Part shown: one piece after another, positions 1 through 9,613 of the stretch
Numbering within the stretch: the first letter of the stretch is position 1
Layout: every line of letters starts with the position of its first letter
Source of the DNA: Chthoniobacteraceae bacterium
GTDB lineage: Bacteria > Verrucomicrobiota > Verrucomicrobiia > Chthoniobacterales > Chthoniobacteraceae
Direction of reading: 5' to 3'
Length of the DNA: 23,557 nt
Assembly: GCA_031409335.1 (NCBI GenBank)
Contig: JANNWY010000148.1
Location: forward strand, 1-23,557
Translations under genes and position numbers: made by a program
Notes under the pieces: model-generated
What the model was told of the DNA's origin: nothing
The model's input: the letters and a program-made list of their open reading frames with translations, nothing else
Database searches by the model: none

Positions 1-123
1 GAAAGTCACAACAACCGCCTGCGCGTTTACCTCGCCCGCCTGCGCCGCAAGACCCATTGCTACACCAAGAAACTCGCCAATCTCGCCGCCAGCATCCTCT
101 TTTACCTGCTCACAAAATCATAA
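1..123 (+). CDS. IS1-family transposase, C-terminal 40 aa (partial)
   Basis: Manual translation, not in the ORF track. Carries the catalytic-Glu helix motif E-x2-N-x2-LR-x2-LARL-x-RK typical of IS1 DDE transposases. Confidence 0.8.
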   Translation, partial: ESHNNRLRVYLARLRRKTHCYTKKLANLAASILFYLLTKS

Positions 124-145
124 TCAATACCTACTGAGCAATCCC
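1..145 (+). mobile_element. Right end of an IS1-family insertion sequence (transposase C-terminus plus right inverted repeat), truncated by the window start
   Basis: Frame 1 reads ESHNNRLRVYLARLRRKTHCYTKK...ILFYLLTKS* (stop 121-123), matching the IS1 InsB C-terminal pattern ExxNxxLRxxLARLxRK. Bases 123-145 reverse-complement to GGGATTGCTCAGTAGGTATTGAT, resembling the IS1 terminal repeat (GG...TATTGAT). Confidence 0.8.
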
Positions 146-487
146 AAAAAGTCCGGTCATGCGCAGGCAAAAGAACGGAAAGCCGCCGATGTCCTCCGGC
201 AACATGCTTTCATGGCGCTGGCGGCGGAGAGCGAACGTGCGCAGAACTTGGTCGCCGCCTCACCTATCGCCCAAGGTTCCGCGCTGGCGGCGGACCTGAC
301 GCTCTGGACTTACGCGGTTCAACTCGTCAACCGCGCGCACTATGCGTCGCAAGGTCCGTCCGTCTATCGGCTGTGGCTGGACCTACCTGAAAAGACTCGA
401 CGCAATCTGAATGCAGACCTCGTTTGGCAGGCTCGCCAGCGTCTCCTCAATCACCTCAACTCACTAAACAAGAAGGCCGATCCATGA
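146..487 (+). pseudogene. 3' remnant of a hypothetical gene, probably interrupted by the IS1 element and coupled to rtcB
   Basis: The frame of ORF 212..487 stays open back to the IS end at 146 (KKSGHAQAKERKAADVLRQHAFM...). Its TGA overlaps the rtcB ATG (ATGA, 484-487). No family recognised. Confidence 0.5.
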
Positions 488-1986
488 ACACCGAACTCAC
501 CCCGCACTCCATCATCGCCACCGGCGAAGCCACTGGCTTCATCCCGGCTCCTGGCTCGCGGGGCAAGCCGATCAACGTCATCGGGACGGAGGCGATTCGC
601 GCGGGCTTTGATGCCATGTGTCTCCAGCAGGCGATGAACTCGCGCGGGGCTCCAGGCGTGACCGATTTGGTTTTGAATCCGGACGCGCACGCGGGCTATG
701 GCGCGCCCATTGGCTGCGTCATGGCGTCGCCCACGCACATCTATCCCGGTCCCGTCGGCGTGGACATCAAGTGCTCGATGAGCCTGCTGCAACTCGACAT
801 TCCCGAGGACGCCGTGCGCGACAAGACGGTACGGCGGGCGCTGATCAACGCCATCGTCGAGCGCACGCCGACCGGCGCGGGGCAGGGCCAGCGTTCGGCG
901 AAAAAATCCCGCCGCGTGGATGCGGAGATCGGCGCGCTCGCGTGCGTGCATGGGGCGAGTCGCGCGGTGTGCGAAGCCCTCGGCATCCCGCCCGAGTGGG
1001 CGGAGCGCTGCGAGGATGCCGCGCATTTCGGACACAACAATACGAGCACTGCGCTGGAGAGCCGACTGGCGTGGGTCCGTGAATCGGGGCGCGTGCGCAA
1101 TTTCAGCGAAAAGATGCAGCAACTCGGCAGCTATGGCGGAGGGAATCATTTCGGCGAATGCGAGATCGTGGAGGTCGCCGACCGCGACGATGCGCGCCGC
1201 GCCGCCGAGGTCTTCGGAATGCGCGATCGCCACGTCGCATTCCTGTCGCACTGCGGTTCGCGTGGGTTTGGGAACATCCTTGCCGTCGCGCAATTCCGCG
1301 ACCTCGAAGAGAAGTTCCAGCAATGGAACACGCCGTTTCCCGCCGACGACAAAAAGCTCGTGTACGCGCCGCTCGGGACTCCCGAGGCGAACGCTTACCT
1401 CGACGACCTGGCGCTGGGTTCCAACTTCGCGACGGTGAATCACATGCTCATCAACGCGCTAGTGCTGGAGGCGTTTCAGGAAGTGCTGCCCGGCGCCACC
1501 GGACGCTTGGTCTATTTCATCAGCCACAATATCGCGCGTCAGGAAATCGTCGGCGGAGTGAAATCATGGGTGCATCGAAAAGGCGCGACGCGGGCTTTTC
1601 CCGGCGGACATTTTGCGCTGAAAAATACGCCCTTCTATGAAACCGGACATCCGATTTTGCTGCCGGGAAATCCCCGCGACGGCTCCGTGGTGATGGTGGC
1701 GCAGGCCGGTGCCGAGCAAAGCTGCTACAGCGTGAACCACGGCGCGGGCCGCGCGATGGGTCGCAAAGTGGCGACACGCACGCTTGATCAGAAAGTGGTG
1801 GATGCCGAACTCGACGCCGCGGACATCCTGACGAATTGCCGTCAATATCCGCGCGACGAAGCGCCCGATGCTTACAAGGATTTCGCCGAAGTGCTCAAGA
1901 GCGTCGAAGTCGCCGGTCTCGCGAAGACGATCGCGAAATTGCGGGCGCGATTCGTGATCAAGGATTCGTCGCAGGCGGATGACTGA
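484..1986 (+). CDS. rtcB: RtcB-family RNA ligase (3'-phosphate/2',3'-cyclic phosphate to 5'-OH), 500 aa
   Basis: Motifs PDAHAGYG, VGVDIKC, GGGNHF, SHCGSRG, SHN, HRKGAT, NHGAGR (guanylylated His) and DEAPDAYK. Start placed at ATG 484, which overlaps the upstream stop, rather than TTG 424. Confidence 0.95.
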   Translation: MNTELTPHSIIATGEATGFIPAPGSRGKPINVIGTEAIRAGFDAMCLQQAMNSRGAPGVTDLVLNPDAHAGYGAPIGCVMASPTHIYPGPVGVDIKCSMSLLQLDIPEDAVRDKTVRRALINAIVERTPTGAGQGQRSAKKSRRVDAEIGALACVHGASRAVCEALGIPPEWAERCEDAAHFGHNNTSTALESRLAWVRESGRVRNFSEKMQQLGSYGGGNHFGECEIVEVADRDDARRAAEVFGMRDRHVAFLSHCGSRGFGNILAVAQFRDLEEKFQQWNTPFPADDKKLVYAPLGTPEANAYLDDLALGSNFATVNHMLINALVLEAFQEVLPGATGRLVYFISHNIARQEIVGGVKSWVHRKGATRAFPGGHFALKNTPFYETGHPILLPGNPRDGSVVMVAQAGAEQSCYSVNHGAGRAMGRKVATRTLDQKVVDAELDAADILTNCRQYPRDEAPDAYKDFAEVLKSVEVAGLAKTIAKLRARFVIKDSSQADD

Positions 1987-1994
1987 GGCATGAC

Positions 1995-3038
1995 ATGAAA
2001 AAAACTGAGATGATCACCATCGACGGCGCACACGGCGAAGGCGGCGGGCAAATCCTGCGCACTTCGCTCGCGCTCTCACTCGTCACGGGGCAGCCGTTTC
2101 GCATCGTGAATATCCGCGCCGGACGGAAGAAGCCGGGCCTGCTGCGCCAGCATCTCACCGCGGTGCAGGCGGCGACTGAGATCGGCGATGCCGTTTCCGA
2201 TGGCGCGGAGATCGGCTCGACGGAACTCGTCTTCCGCCCGGAGAAAATCCGCGCTGGCGAATACCACTTCGCCATCGGCACTGCCGGCAACACCACGCTC
2301 GTCCTGCAAACGATCCTGCCCGCGCTGATGCTCGCGAGCGCGCCGTCGCGCGTGATTTTGGAAGGCGGCACGCACAATCCATTCGCGCCGCCGTTCGATT
2401 TCCTCGCGCGCACTTTTCTCCCGCAGCTCGCCCACTTCGGCCCAAAGATCGAAGCGAAATTGCTGCGCCCCGGCTTCTATCCCGCGGGCGGCGGGAAGAT
2501 GGAAATCGCGATTGCGCCGGTGCCAAAACTCCAACCCATCGAACTAATGGAACGCGGCACCGACGAAGGCCGCCGCGTCATCGCGCATCTCGCCGCGCTG
2601 CCCGCGGACATCGCCGAACGCGCTTTCGAGCAGATCGAAAAACGACTGCGCTGGCCGCGTTCGTGTTGCGAGATCGTCGAGCATCCCGCCGAATGCGGCC
2701 CCGGTTTCGTCCTCACTTGTGAAGTCGCCTCGAGTCACATCGTCGAAACTTTCACCGGCTTCGGCGAACGCGGCGTCCGCGCCGGGCAAGTCGCCGACCA
2801 CGCGATCGACCAGGTGCGCCACTATCTCGCCGCATCCGCCCCAGTCGGCGAATACCTCGCCGACCAACTCCTCATCCCGCTGGCGCTATCGGGCGGCGGA
2901 GGCTTTCGCGCCGTCGGCATCTCCCGCCACGCGCAGACCAACATCGAAGTCATCCGGCAATTCCTGCCCGTCCGAATCGCCACCGCGCCGGCGGAAGCAA
3001 GCGGCATTGATGTCCACATCTCACCGGAAGCAGGATAG
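1995..3038 (+). CDS. rtcA: RNA 3'-terminal phosphate cyclase
   Basis: Motifs IDGAHGEGGGQILRTSLALS, GLLRQHL, GFYPAGGG, GEYLADQL and SRHAQTN (adenylylated His). Lies 8 nt after rtcB. Confidence 0.95.
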   Translation: MKKTEMITIDGAHGEGGGQILRTSLALSLVTGQPFRIVNIRAGRKKPGLLRQHLTAVQAATEIGDAVSDGAEIGSTELVFRPEKIRAGEYHFAIGTAGNTTLVLQTILPALMLASAPSRVILEGGTHNPFAPPFDFLARTFLPQLAHFGPKIEAKLLRPGFYPAGGGKMEIAIAPVPKLQPIELMERGTDEGRRVIAHLAALPADIAERAFEQIEKRLRWPRSCCEIVEHPAECGPGFVLTCEVASSHIVETFTGFGERGVRAGQVADHAIDQVRHYLAASAPVGEYLADQLLIPLALSGGGGFRAVGISRHAQTNIEVIRQFLPVRIATAPAEASGIDVHISPEAG

Positions 3039-3134
3039 GCGACGAATCAGGACGATACTTTCCGTGTCATCGTTCGGCGTGGAGATTTCAAAAGCATTGT
3101 CACCGGGGAACGGAATCGGCAGCTTCCGCAGACC

Positions 3135-4073
3135 ATGCCCACTGCCTCCAAAGCCCGCTCCGCCAAACCATTTTGGTCCGGCGTTTTCCCCGCCATCACG
3201 ACTCAACTCAAGCGCGATCAATCGCTCGATCTCGACGGCACCGCGCGTCACATCGAGGCGCTGCTCGATTCGGGAGTCACGGGGCTCATCATGCTGGGTT
3301 CGCTCGGGGAAAATCAGTCGCTGGATGCGGCGGAGAAGCGGCGCGTTTTCGAGCACGCGGTGAAGACGGTGAATGGACGTGTGCCGGTGTTGAGCGGCGT
3401 GGCGGAATCGAGCACGGCGGCAGCTTGCCAGTATGCGTGCGACTGCGAGCGGATGGGTGGCGATGGCTTCATGCTGATGCCGGGGATGATTTACAAGACG
3501 TCCGATCCGGTGGAGACGCTGGCGCATTTCCGCACGGTGGCGAAGGCGACGGGGCTGCCGATCATGATTTACAACAACCCGATCAGCTACGGGAACGACA
3601 TCACGCCGGAGATGTTTGCGCAGCTCGCGCCGGTGAAGAATTTCGTGGCGCTGAAAGAGTCGAGCGGGAATACGCGGCGCATCACCGATCTGCACAATGT
3701 GGTGGGCGATCGGTATGCGATTTTCACGGGCGTGGATGACTTGGCGCTGGAAAGCGCGGTGCTGGGAATTGATGGCTGGGTGGCGGGGACGGGCATCGCT
3801 TTTCCGAAGGAAAATCAGGCGCTTTGGGAGCTGATGCAGGCGGGCGAATGGAAGAAGGCGGTGGAGATTTACCGCTGGTTCACGCCGCTGCTGCATCTCG
3901 ATGTGCATGTGAAATTCGTGCAATACATCAAGCTGTGCGTGCAGGAAACCGGGCTCGGGACGGAGTGGGTGCGCGCGCCGCGGCTGGTGCTGGCGGGCGC
4001 GGAACGGAAGGCGGTGCTGAAGGTGATCCACGATGGGATCGCGAACCGGCCCAAATTGCCGAAGCGGAAATAG
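3135..4073 (+). CDS. Dihydrodipicolinate synthase (DapA)-family lyase, probably 1-pyrroline-4-hydroxy-2-carboxylate deaminase
   Basis: GVFPAITT, GSLGE, IYNNP and ALKESSG (Schiff-base Lys). Substrate inferred from the GSLGE variant and the nearby hydroxyproline epimerase. Confidence 0.85.
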   Translation: MPTASKARSAKPFWSGVFPAITTQLKRDQSLDLDGTARHIEALLDSGVTGLIMLGSLGENQSLDAAEKRRVFEHAVKTVNGRVPVLSGVAESSTAAACQYACDCERMGGDGFMLMPGMIYKTSDPVETLAHFRTVAKATGLPIMIYNNPISYGNDITPEMFAQLAPVKNFVALKESSGNTRRITDLHNVVGDRYAIFTGVDDLALESAVLGIDGWVAGTGIAFPKENQALWELMQAGEWKKAVEIYRWFTPLLHLDVHVKFVQYIKLCVQETGLGTEWVRAPRLVLAGAERKAVLKVIHDGIANRPKLPKRK

Positions 4074-4077
4074 GCGC

Positions 4078-4106
4078 TTGCGATTCTGGTCAAATTGACC
4101 AAAATT
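4078..4106 (+). promoter_or_regulatory. Putative toxin-antitoxin promoter with an operator palindrome
   Basis: TGGTCAA-A-TTGACCA inverted repeat at 4087-4101, between a -35-like TTGCGA (4078-4083) and an A/T-rich -10-like stretch, ending 10 nt before the antitoxin ATG. Confidence 0.55.
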
Positions 4107-4111
4107 CCCGC

Positions 4112-4414
4112 ATGAAGTATTTGGTATCCATTTACGAAGCGAAGACGCAGCTCTCGACGTTGCTGCGGGACGTGGAGGGCGGCGCGGTCATCACGATCAC
4201 ACGGCATGGAAAACCTGTGGCGGAATTACGCAAGCCACTCACGAAGAACAAGGCGCAGAGGGGTTGCCTGAAATCGACGAATTTTTACATGGCGGAGGAT
4301 TTCGATGCTCCGCTCGCAGAGTTCGCCGAGTATATGCCGGACTTTGACACAGGGCCGCTTCGCGTCGCGGAAGACCCACCTGCGCCGCGTGGAAAAGCGC
4401 GCAAAAAAACATGA
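4112..4414 (+). CDS. Phd/YefM-family type II antitoxin, 100 aa
   Basis: VSIYEAKTQLSTLLRDVEGG..ITITRHGKPVAEL is the Phd signature. The C-terminal AEDFDAPLAEFAEY is typical of VapC partners. Start at ATG 4112, inside ORF 3824..4414. Confidence 0.9.
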   Translation: MKYLVSIYEAKTQLSTLLRDVEGGAVITITRHGKPVAELRKPLTKNKAQRGCLKSTNFYMAEDFDAPLAEFAEYMPDFDTGPLRVAEDPPAPRGKARKKT

Positions 4415-4800
4415 GGCTTTTACTCGATACCAACGCGCTCATCTGGTTTGTCACGGATTCGCCGAGGATGCCCAATCGTTTGAAGGATCTGCTCGAAACG
4501 GACGGGACGGAAACTTTCGTGAGCTTCGTTTCGCCGTGGGAAATCGCGATCAAGACCCGACTCGGCAAACTCGATCTCGGGCGCTCGCTGCATCCAGACA
4601 TCTCGCGGATGGCTGTCCGCAACGGCTTCACGATGCTCGCACCGGACTGGCCGGAGGCGCAGATGGTGGCCGAAATGCCGCTGCATCATGGCGATCCATT
4701 TGACCGGATGCTGATCGCGCAGGCCTTGCGGCACGGGCTTACGGTGCTGACGCCCGACGCGTTGTGGGATCGCTACGGGATTTTACGGCTGTGGACGTGA
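4411..4800 (+). CDS. vapC: VapC-family PIN-domain toxin
   Basis: [31 protein letters not shown] and LTPD give the PIN acidic residues. ATGA overlap with the antitoxin. Confidence 0.93.
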   Translation: MRLLLDTNALIWFVTDSPRMPNRLKDLLETDGTETFVSFVSPWEIAIKTRLGKLDLGRSLHPDISRMAVRNGFTMLAPDWPEAQMVAEMPLHHGDPFDRMLIAQALRHGLTVLTPDALWDRYGILRLWT

Positions 4801-5729
4801 TTCAAATCATTGACTCGCACACTGGCGGGGAACCGACGCGTACGGTGGTCGGTGGCGGGCCGGACTTGGGTGGTGGCAGCGTCGCGGATCGGCTCGCGGT
4901 TTTCCGGGAAAGGCATGATCGGTTTCGCTCGGCAGTGGTGAATGAACCGCGTGGGTCGGGTGTGCTCGTGGGGGCGCTGCTCGTGGAGCCGGTGGATCCC
5001 GCGTGTGCGGCGGGCGTGATCTTTTTTAACAACACGGGCTGCCTGCAAATGTGCGGGCATGGGACGATCGGGCTGGTCGTGACGCTCGCGCATCTCGGCC
5101 GAATCACGGCGGGTGTGCATCGGATCGAGACCTGCGTGGGCACGGTCGCGGCGACGCTGCACGAGGACGGGCGGGTTTCGGTCGAGAATGTGGTGAGCTA
5201 TCGCCGGGAAAAAGCGGCACGGGTGGACGCGCCGGGGCTGGGCGTCGTGACGGGCGATCTGGCTTGGGGTGGAAATTGGTTTTTTCTCGTGGAGCACTCG
5301 GAGCCGACGCTGCGGCTGGAAAATGCCGCGGAGCTGACGGACATCGCGTCGCGCATCCGGCGGGCGGTGAATTCGCAGGGATTTCCGGAGGTGGATCACG
5401 TCGAGTTGATTGGCCCAGCGGCAAAGCCCGGCGCGGGCGCGCGGAACTTTGTGCTGTGTCCGGGCGGTGCCTACGACCGCTCGCCGTGCGGCACCGGGAC
5501 GAGCGCGAAGCTGGCCTGTCTCGCCGCGGATGGAAAACTCGCGGAAGGCGAAACGTGGATTCAGGAAAGTGTGATCGGCAGTGAGTTCCACGGCACGTTC
5601 CGATGGGAAGATCGTGCGTCGGGGCGCATCGTGCCGACGATCACCGGCACAGCATTCATCACGGCGGAGGCGACGCTGATTCTCGATGATCGCGATCCGT
5701 TTCGCGATGGGTTGCGGAGCGACGTTTAA
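4797..5729 (+). CDS. Proline racemase family protein, probably 4-hydroxyproline 2-epimerase
   Basis: [24 protein letters not shown] and [11 protein letters not shown] with both catalytic Cys present. Probable GTG start at 4797 overlaps the vapC stop (GTGA). Confidence 0.9.
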   Translation: MIQIIDSHTGGEPTRTVVGGGPDLGGGSVADRLAVFRERHDRFRSAVVNEPRGSGVLVGALLVEPVDPACAAGVIFFNNTGCLQMCGHGTIGLVVTLAHLGRITAGVHRIETCVGTVAATLHEDGRVSVENVVSYRREKAARVDAPGLGVVTGDLAWGGNWFFLVEHSEPTLRLENAAELTDIASRIRRAVNSQGFPEVDHVELIGPAAKPGAGARNFVLCPGGAYDRSPCGTGTSAKLACLAADGKLAEGETWIQESVIGSEFHGTFRWEDRASGRIVPTITGTAFITAEATLILDDRDPFRDGLRSDV

Positions 5730-7102
5730 TTCGGGCCGTTGGCCGCGCGCTTGAAGTGGACTTCGATGATGCGGCGTCCGTCCGCTTTTGCGACCGTGAC
5801 TTCGTATTCGTCGATGCGCGTCCGCTCGCCCTGTTTCGGCAGATGGCCGATCAGATGCGTGACGTAGCCGCCGATCGTGCTCACGTCGGCGCTCTCGAGT
5901 TCGAGGCCCATCAAGTCGTTCAGCTCGTAGAGTCCGAGCGAACCATCGACGGCGAATTCGTCCTCGGTCACTTTGCGCAGCTCAGGCTTCTCCGCGTCGA
6001 ATTCGTCCTGAATGTCGCCGACGAGTTCTTCGAGCACGTTGTCGAGCGTGACGATGCCGACGGTGCCGCCGTATTCATCGACGACGAGCGCGAGGTGGGC
6101 GTGTTTGCTGAGGAAAAAGGAGAGCAGCTTTTCGAGCGACATCATCTCCGGCACGGGCAGGAGGTCGCGCTTGATGCGGTGAAGGTCGGGCGCGGGATCG
6201 CGCAGAAGCGTGATGAGATCCTTGATGTGAACCTGGCCGATCGTCTGATCGAGATGGCCTTCGCAAAGCGGGAAACGGGTGTGCCGGCTTTCCTGCGCGG
6301 TCTTGAGATTCTCCTCGAAGGAATCCTCGGTGTTCAAAAAGACCACATTGCCGCGTGGCGTCGTGATGTCGCGTACGACGCGGTCGCGCATGTCGAGCGC
6401 GTTGATGAGGATTTCCTTCCCGAGCGGCGTCACTTCCTGGCTCTCGGCGCTTTCGGCGAGGATGACGCGGAGTTCCTCCTCGCTGTGCTCGAGTTCGTGT
6501 TCGCTCACGGGCTCGATGCGGAAAAGACGCTTGAGCAGCGCGTTCGACGACATGTTTAGAAACCAGATCGCGGGTCGGAAGATGGCATAGAAAATCTGCA
6601 ACGGGCGGCTCACCCAAAGCGTCGAAGGGAGCGGCTTGCGGATGGCGAGAATCTTCGGGGCCTGCTCGCCGAGGACGATGTGGAGGAAAGTGATCGCGGA
6701 AAACGCGAGCGCGAACGAAACCGCATGAATGATCGCCGCGGACTGCACGCCCAGCCGGGAAAAGGCCGGCTCCACCATCTGCGCGAGAAACGGCTCGCCA
6801 ATCCAGCCAAGGCCGAGGCTGGCGAGGGTGATGCCGAGCTGGCACGCGGAGAGGTAAGCCTCGAGCCGGGTCGTGATCTGTTTTGCGAGAGCAGCCGTCT
6901 TGTTTCCCTCATCCACGAGCGGATCGAGCTGGCTGCCGCGGATTTTCACGAGGGCGAATTCGGCGGCGACGAAAAAGCCGTTGAGGAAAACGAGGACGAG
7001 AATGCCCAGGAGCTTGAGCAGGATAACATTGCCCGCCTCCCACTCGGTGGCGGGCCCGGCGATCGCAGCCAGGGTGCTCGGAGCGTTCATGAAACTGGAC
7101 AT
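5726..7102 (-). CDS. Hemolysin-family CNNM/CorB-type transporter (DUF21 + CBS pair + CorC_HlyC)
   Basis: [43 protein letters not shown] and [28 protein letters not shown]. Start may be 7090. Its stop overlaps the convergent epimerase stop (TTAA, 5726-5729). Confidence 0.93.
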   Translation of the reverse strand: MSSFMNAPSTLAAIAGPATEWEAGNVILLKLLGILVLVFLNGFFVAAEFALVKIRGSQLDPLVDEGNKTAALAKQITTRLEAYLSACQLGITLASLGLGWIGEPFLAQMVEPAFSRLGVQSAAIIHAVSFALAFSAITFLHIVLGEQAPKILAIRKPLPSTLWVSRPLQIFYAIFRPAIWFLNMSSNALLKRLFRIEPVSEHELEHSEEELRVILAESAESQEVTPLGKEILINALDMRDRVVRDITTPRGNVVFLNTEDSFEENLKTAQESRHTRFPLCEGHLDQTIGQVHIKDLITLLRDPAPDLHRIKRDLLPVPEMMSLEKLLSFFLSKHAHLALVVDEYGGTVGIVTLDNVLEELVGDIQDEFDAEKPELRKVTEDEFAVDGSLGLYELNDLMGLELESADVSTIGGYVTHLIGHLPKQGERTRIDEYEVTVAKADGRRIIEVHFKRAANGPN

Positions 7103-7169
7103 TTCGCTGAAAAAGAAACGAGTCGCGGAGCAAGCTCCGCGACTCGATCAAAAGACTGCTGCGGTCTGG

Positions 7170-7439
7170 CTACCAGCTCGATTTCGTAACGCCCGGGATG
7201 TATCCGTTCGAGGCGAGTTCGCGGAATGCGATACGCGACAATTTGAAACGCCCGATGTAAGCGCGCTTGCGGCCCGTGGCGAGGCAGCGCTTGCTGAGGC
7301 GGACGGGGCTCGCATCGCGCGGCAGCATCGAGAGGCCGATGTAATCGCCCGCCGCTTTGAGTTCGGCGCGCTTCACGGCATACTTCGCGACAGTGGCGAC
7401 GCGACGTTTTTCTTTTTCTAACCAGCTAGTTTTTGCCAT
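7170..7439 (-). CDS. rpsN: 30S ribosomal protein S14, 89-aa zinc-independent (C-minus) type
   Basis: MAKTSW...LPRDASPVRLSKRCLATGRKRAYIGRFKLSRIAFRELASNGYIPGVTKSSW, with only one Cys of the zinc ribbon. Start at 7439. Confidence 0.97.
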   Translation of the reverse strand: MAKTSWLEKEKRRVATVAKYAVKRAELKAAGDYIGLSMLPRDASPVRLSKRCLATGRKRAYIGRFKLSRIAFRELASNGYIPGVTKSSW

Positions 7440-7454
7440 AGGAAATGGGCGGCG

Positions 7455-7482
7455 AAAGTAACGGGGGTCGTCTGGATTGCAA
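7455..7482 (-). promoter_or_regulatory. Putative sigma70 promoter of rpsN
   Basis: The minus strand reads TTGCAA-N16-TACTTT, ending 15 nt before the rpsN start. Confidence 0.5.
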
Positions 7483-7548
7483 ACCCTTTTTCGACCCTTT
7501 TTCCGCGATGCATGGGCACGGGGCTGGCTCACGGGAGTCCTCTCGCGC

Positions 7549-8445
7549 ATGCCAAATCTCCGCATTTTTCCAAACCTCTGCGCGCTGCTGCTCACGGTGT
7601 CACCCGCTGCTGCGCAGGAAAATGCGGGCGCGTTTCCAGAACTCACCATTTACCAGCTCTCCGATCGGACGCTCGGCGCGTTGGGGCAGGCGGCGCTGGG
7701 GATTCGGGCGGCGGAGTGGAAACACGCGGAGACGAAGAATTTTGTGTATCACTTTTTCCAAAGCCATGTGGCCGGGCCGGTTTCGGTGGAGGCGGAATTT
7801 TACTATGGGGTGGTGGCGAAAGAATTGGAGAAGGACACGGCACAGTGGGAGCGGAAGTCGCACATTTACATTTTCGACAAGCCGGAGGATTGGGCGGTTT
7901 TTCAGAAAAAGGGGGCGCTCGATCCGTGGACCGGCGGGCTGCATTGCCAGGGCGAGCTTTTCATCCTGCGCAATCCTGAGCAGAAGTGGCAGGGCAGCAC
8001 GCTGGGGCATGAGGTGACGCATCTCGTGGTGCATCGGTTTTTTGGGAATGGCGTGCCGCTCTGGCTGAACGAAGGCTATGCGGAATATGCGGCGTCGCGG
8101 AATTACGCGGCCTTTTACCGGGCGCGCGGATATGCATCGCGGCCGCGCTCGCGGTCGCTGCCACCGGGGCAATTCATGCCGCTCGCGCAGCTCACTTCGC
8201 TGGCGGCGTATCCGCAGGATGTGCTGGAGGTGGCGACGTTTTACGCGGAGTCGGAAAAACTCGCGCGCTATCTGAGCAGCGTGGACAAGCGCGGATTCGG
8301 CGTGTTTTTCGAGGCGTTGAGCAAAGGCAACCGGCTCGACTCGGCGCTCAGCAAAGGCTTCGGTTCGCGGTTTTCGAGCTTGGACGCGCTGGAGACGGAG
8401 TTTAAGGCGTATGCGTCCAAGGACCATGCCGTCGCCACTCAATAA
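7549..8445 (+). CDS. Secreted gluzincin-like (peptidase MA superfamily) metalloprotease domain protein
   Basis: Signal-peptide-like N-terminus (LCALLLTVSPAAA-Q), HEVTH zinc motif followed by PLWLNEGYAEY. Start chosen at ATG 7549. Confidence 0.75.
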   Translation: MPNLRIFPNLCALLLTVSPAAAQENAGAFPELTIYQLSDRTLGALGQAALGIRAAEWKHAETKNFVYHFFQSHVAGPVSVEAEFYYGVVAKELEKDTAQWERKSHIYIFDKPEDWAVFQKKGALDPWTGGLHCQGELFILRNPEQKWQGSTLGHEVTHLVVHRFFGNGVPLWLNEGYAEYAASRNYAAFYRARGYASRPRSRSLPPGQFMPLAQLTSLAAYPQDVLEVATFYAESEKLARYLSSVDKRGFGVFFEALSKGNRLDSALSKGFGSRFSSLDALETEFKAYASKDHAVATQ

Positions 8446-8475
8446 CCTCATCCTTCAACCCGCCTCCGCCCGCTA

Positions 8476-9597
8476 ATGGCTGCGGCGAAAACCAAGGCAA
8501 AGTCGCAGATTCACGCGGTCGTCGGCAGCGACGAATCGGAGGTGAAACGCGCGGCGCGCGATCTCGCGGCGGAGCTGACGCCGGCGGAGGGCGGGGACTT
8601 TGGGGCGGACATCATCGACGGCGCGGCGGACAACGTGGATCAGGCCGCGACGAAGATTCATCAGACCGTCGATGCGCTGCTCACGTTCCCGTTTTTCGGC
8701 GGGGAAAAGCTGGTGTGGCTGAAGAATGCGAATTTTCTTGGCGACAGCGTGATGGGCCGTTCGCCCACGATCGTGGAGGCGTTGGAAAACCTCACGGCCA
8801 CGCTCACGAAAGGGCTGCCCGCGAGCATCAGTTTTCTCCTCAGCGCGACGGAGATCGACAAGCGGCGCACGTTTTACAAATCGCTGCAAAAGCTCGCGAA
8901 AGTGGAGGTGTTTGACCGGCTCGATTCCAGCAAACAAGGCTGGGAAGAGGAAGCCGCCGCGCTCGTGCAACGCCTCGCTGCGGCGCGAGAGCTGGCGCTT
9001 TCGGGCGAAGCCCTCGAGCTGCTCACGCTCTTAACCGGCGGCGACCGGCGCGTGATCGAAAACGAACTCGAAAAACTCAGTCTTTACCTCGGCAAAAACG
9101 CGACGCCCGTCTCCGCGGAGCAAGTGCGGCTGCTCGTGCCGATGTCGCGCGAGGGGGTCGTCTTCGAGCTGGGAAATGCGGTCGCCGAGCGCAATCTCCA
9201 CCGCGCGCTCACGCTGCTCGACCAGCTCCTTTTCCAGGGCGAATCCGCCATCGGCATCATCCTCGTCGCGATCATCCCGACCGTGCGCAATCTGCTGCTG
9301 GCGAAAGACCTGATGACGCGCCACAAACTCGCGCGCCCCGCGCAGCCGTTCTTTTTCGGCAAAACGCTCGAGCGCCTCCCCGCCGATGCCATCGCGCATC
9401 TGCCGCGAAAAAAAGACGGCACGATCAACACCTACAGCCTCGGCATCGCCGCCAGCCACGTGCAGCGCTACAAGCTCGCCGAACTCCGCGCCGCCCTCGC
9501 CGCGTGTCTGCAAACCAACGTGCAACTCGTCACCACTGGCTCCGACCAGAAAGGCGCGCTTTCCCAGCTCCTCGTGCGGATCATCGCGGCGGCGTAG
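8476..9597 (+). CDS. holA: DNA polymerase III subunit delta
   Basis: Motifs AVVGSDE, TFPFFGGEKLVWLK, IDKRRTFYK, ENELEKLSLY and VFELGNAV, with typical HolA length and layout. Confidence 0.9.
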   Translation: MAAAKTKAKSQIHAVVGSDESEVKRAARDLAAELTPAEGGDFGADIIDGAADNVDQAATKIHQTVDALLTFPFFGGEKLVWLKNANFLGDSVMGRSPTIVEALENLTATLTKGLPASISFLLSATEIDKRRTFYKSLQKLAKVEVFDRLDSSKQGWEEEAAALVQRLAAARELALSGEALELLTLLTGGDRRVIENELEKLSLYLGKNATPVSAEQVRLLVPMSREGVVFELGNAVAERNLHRALTLLDQLLFQGESAIGIILVAIIPTVRNLLLAKDLMTRHKLARPAQPFFFGKTLERLPADAIAHLPRKKDGTINTYSLGIAASHVQRYKLAELRAALAACLQTNVQLVTTGSDQKGALSQLLVRIIAAA

Positions 9598-9613
9598 CGA
9601 TTTTCCGAGTCCA

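Noticed and set aside
424..483. TTG start for a 520-aa RtcB
   Set aside because: It overlaps the upstream ORF by 64 nt; the ATGA coupling at 484 is more parsimonious.
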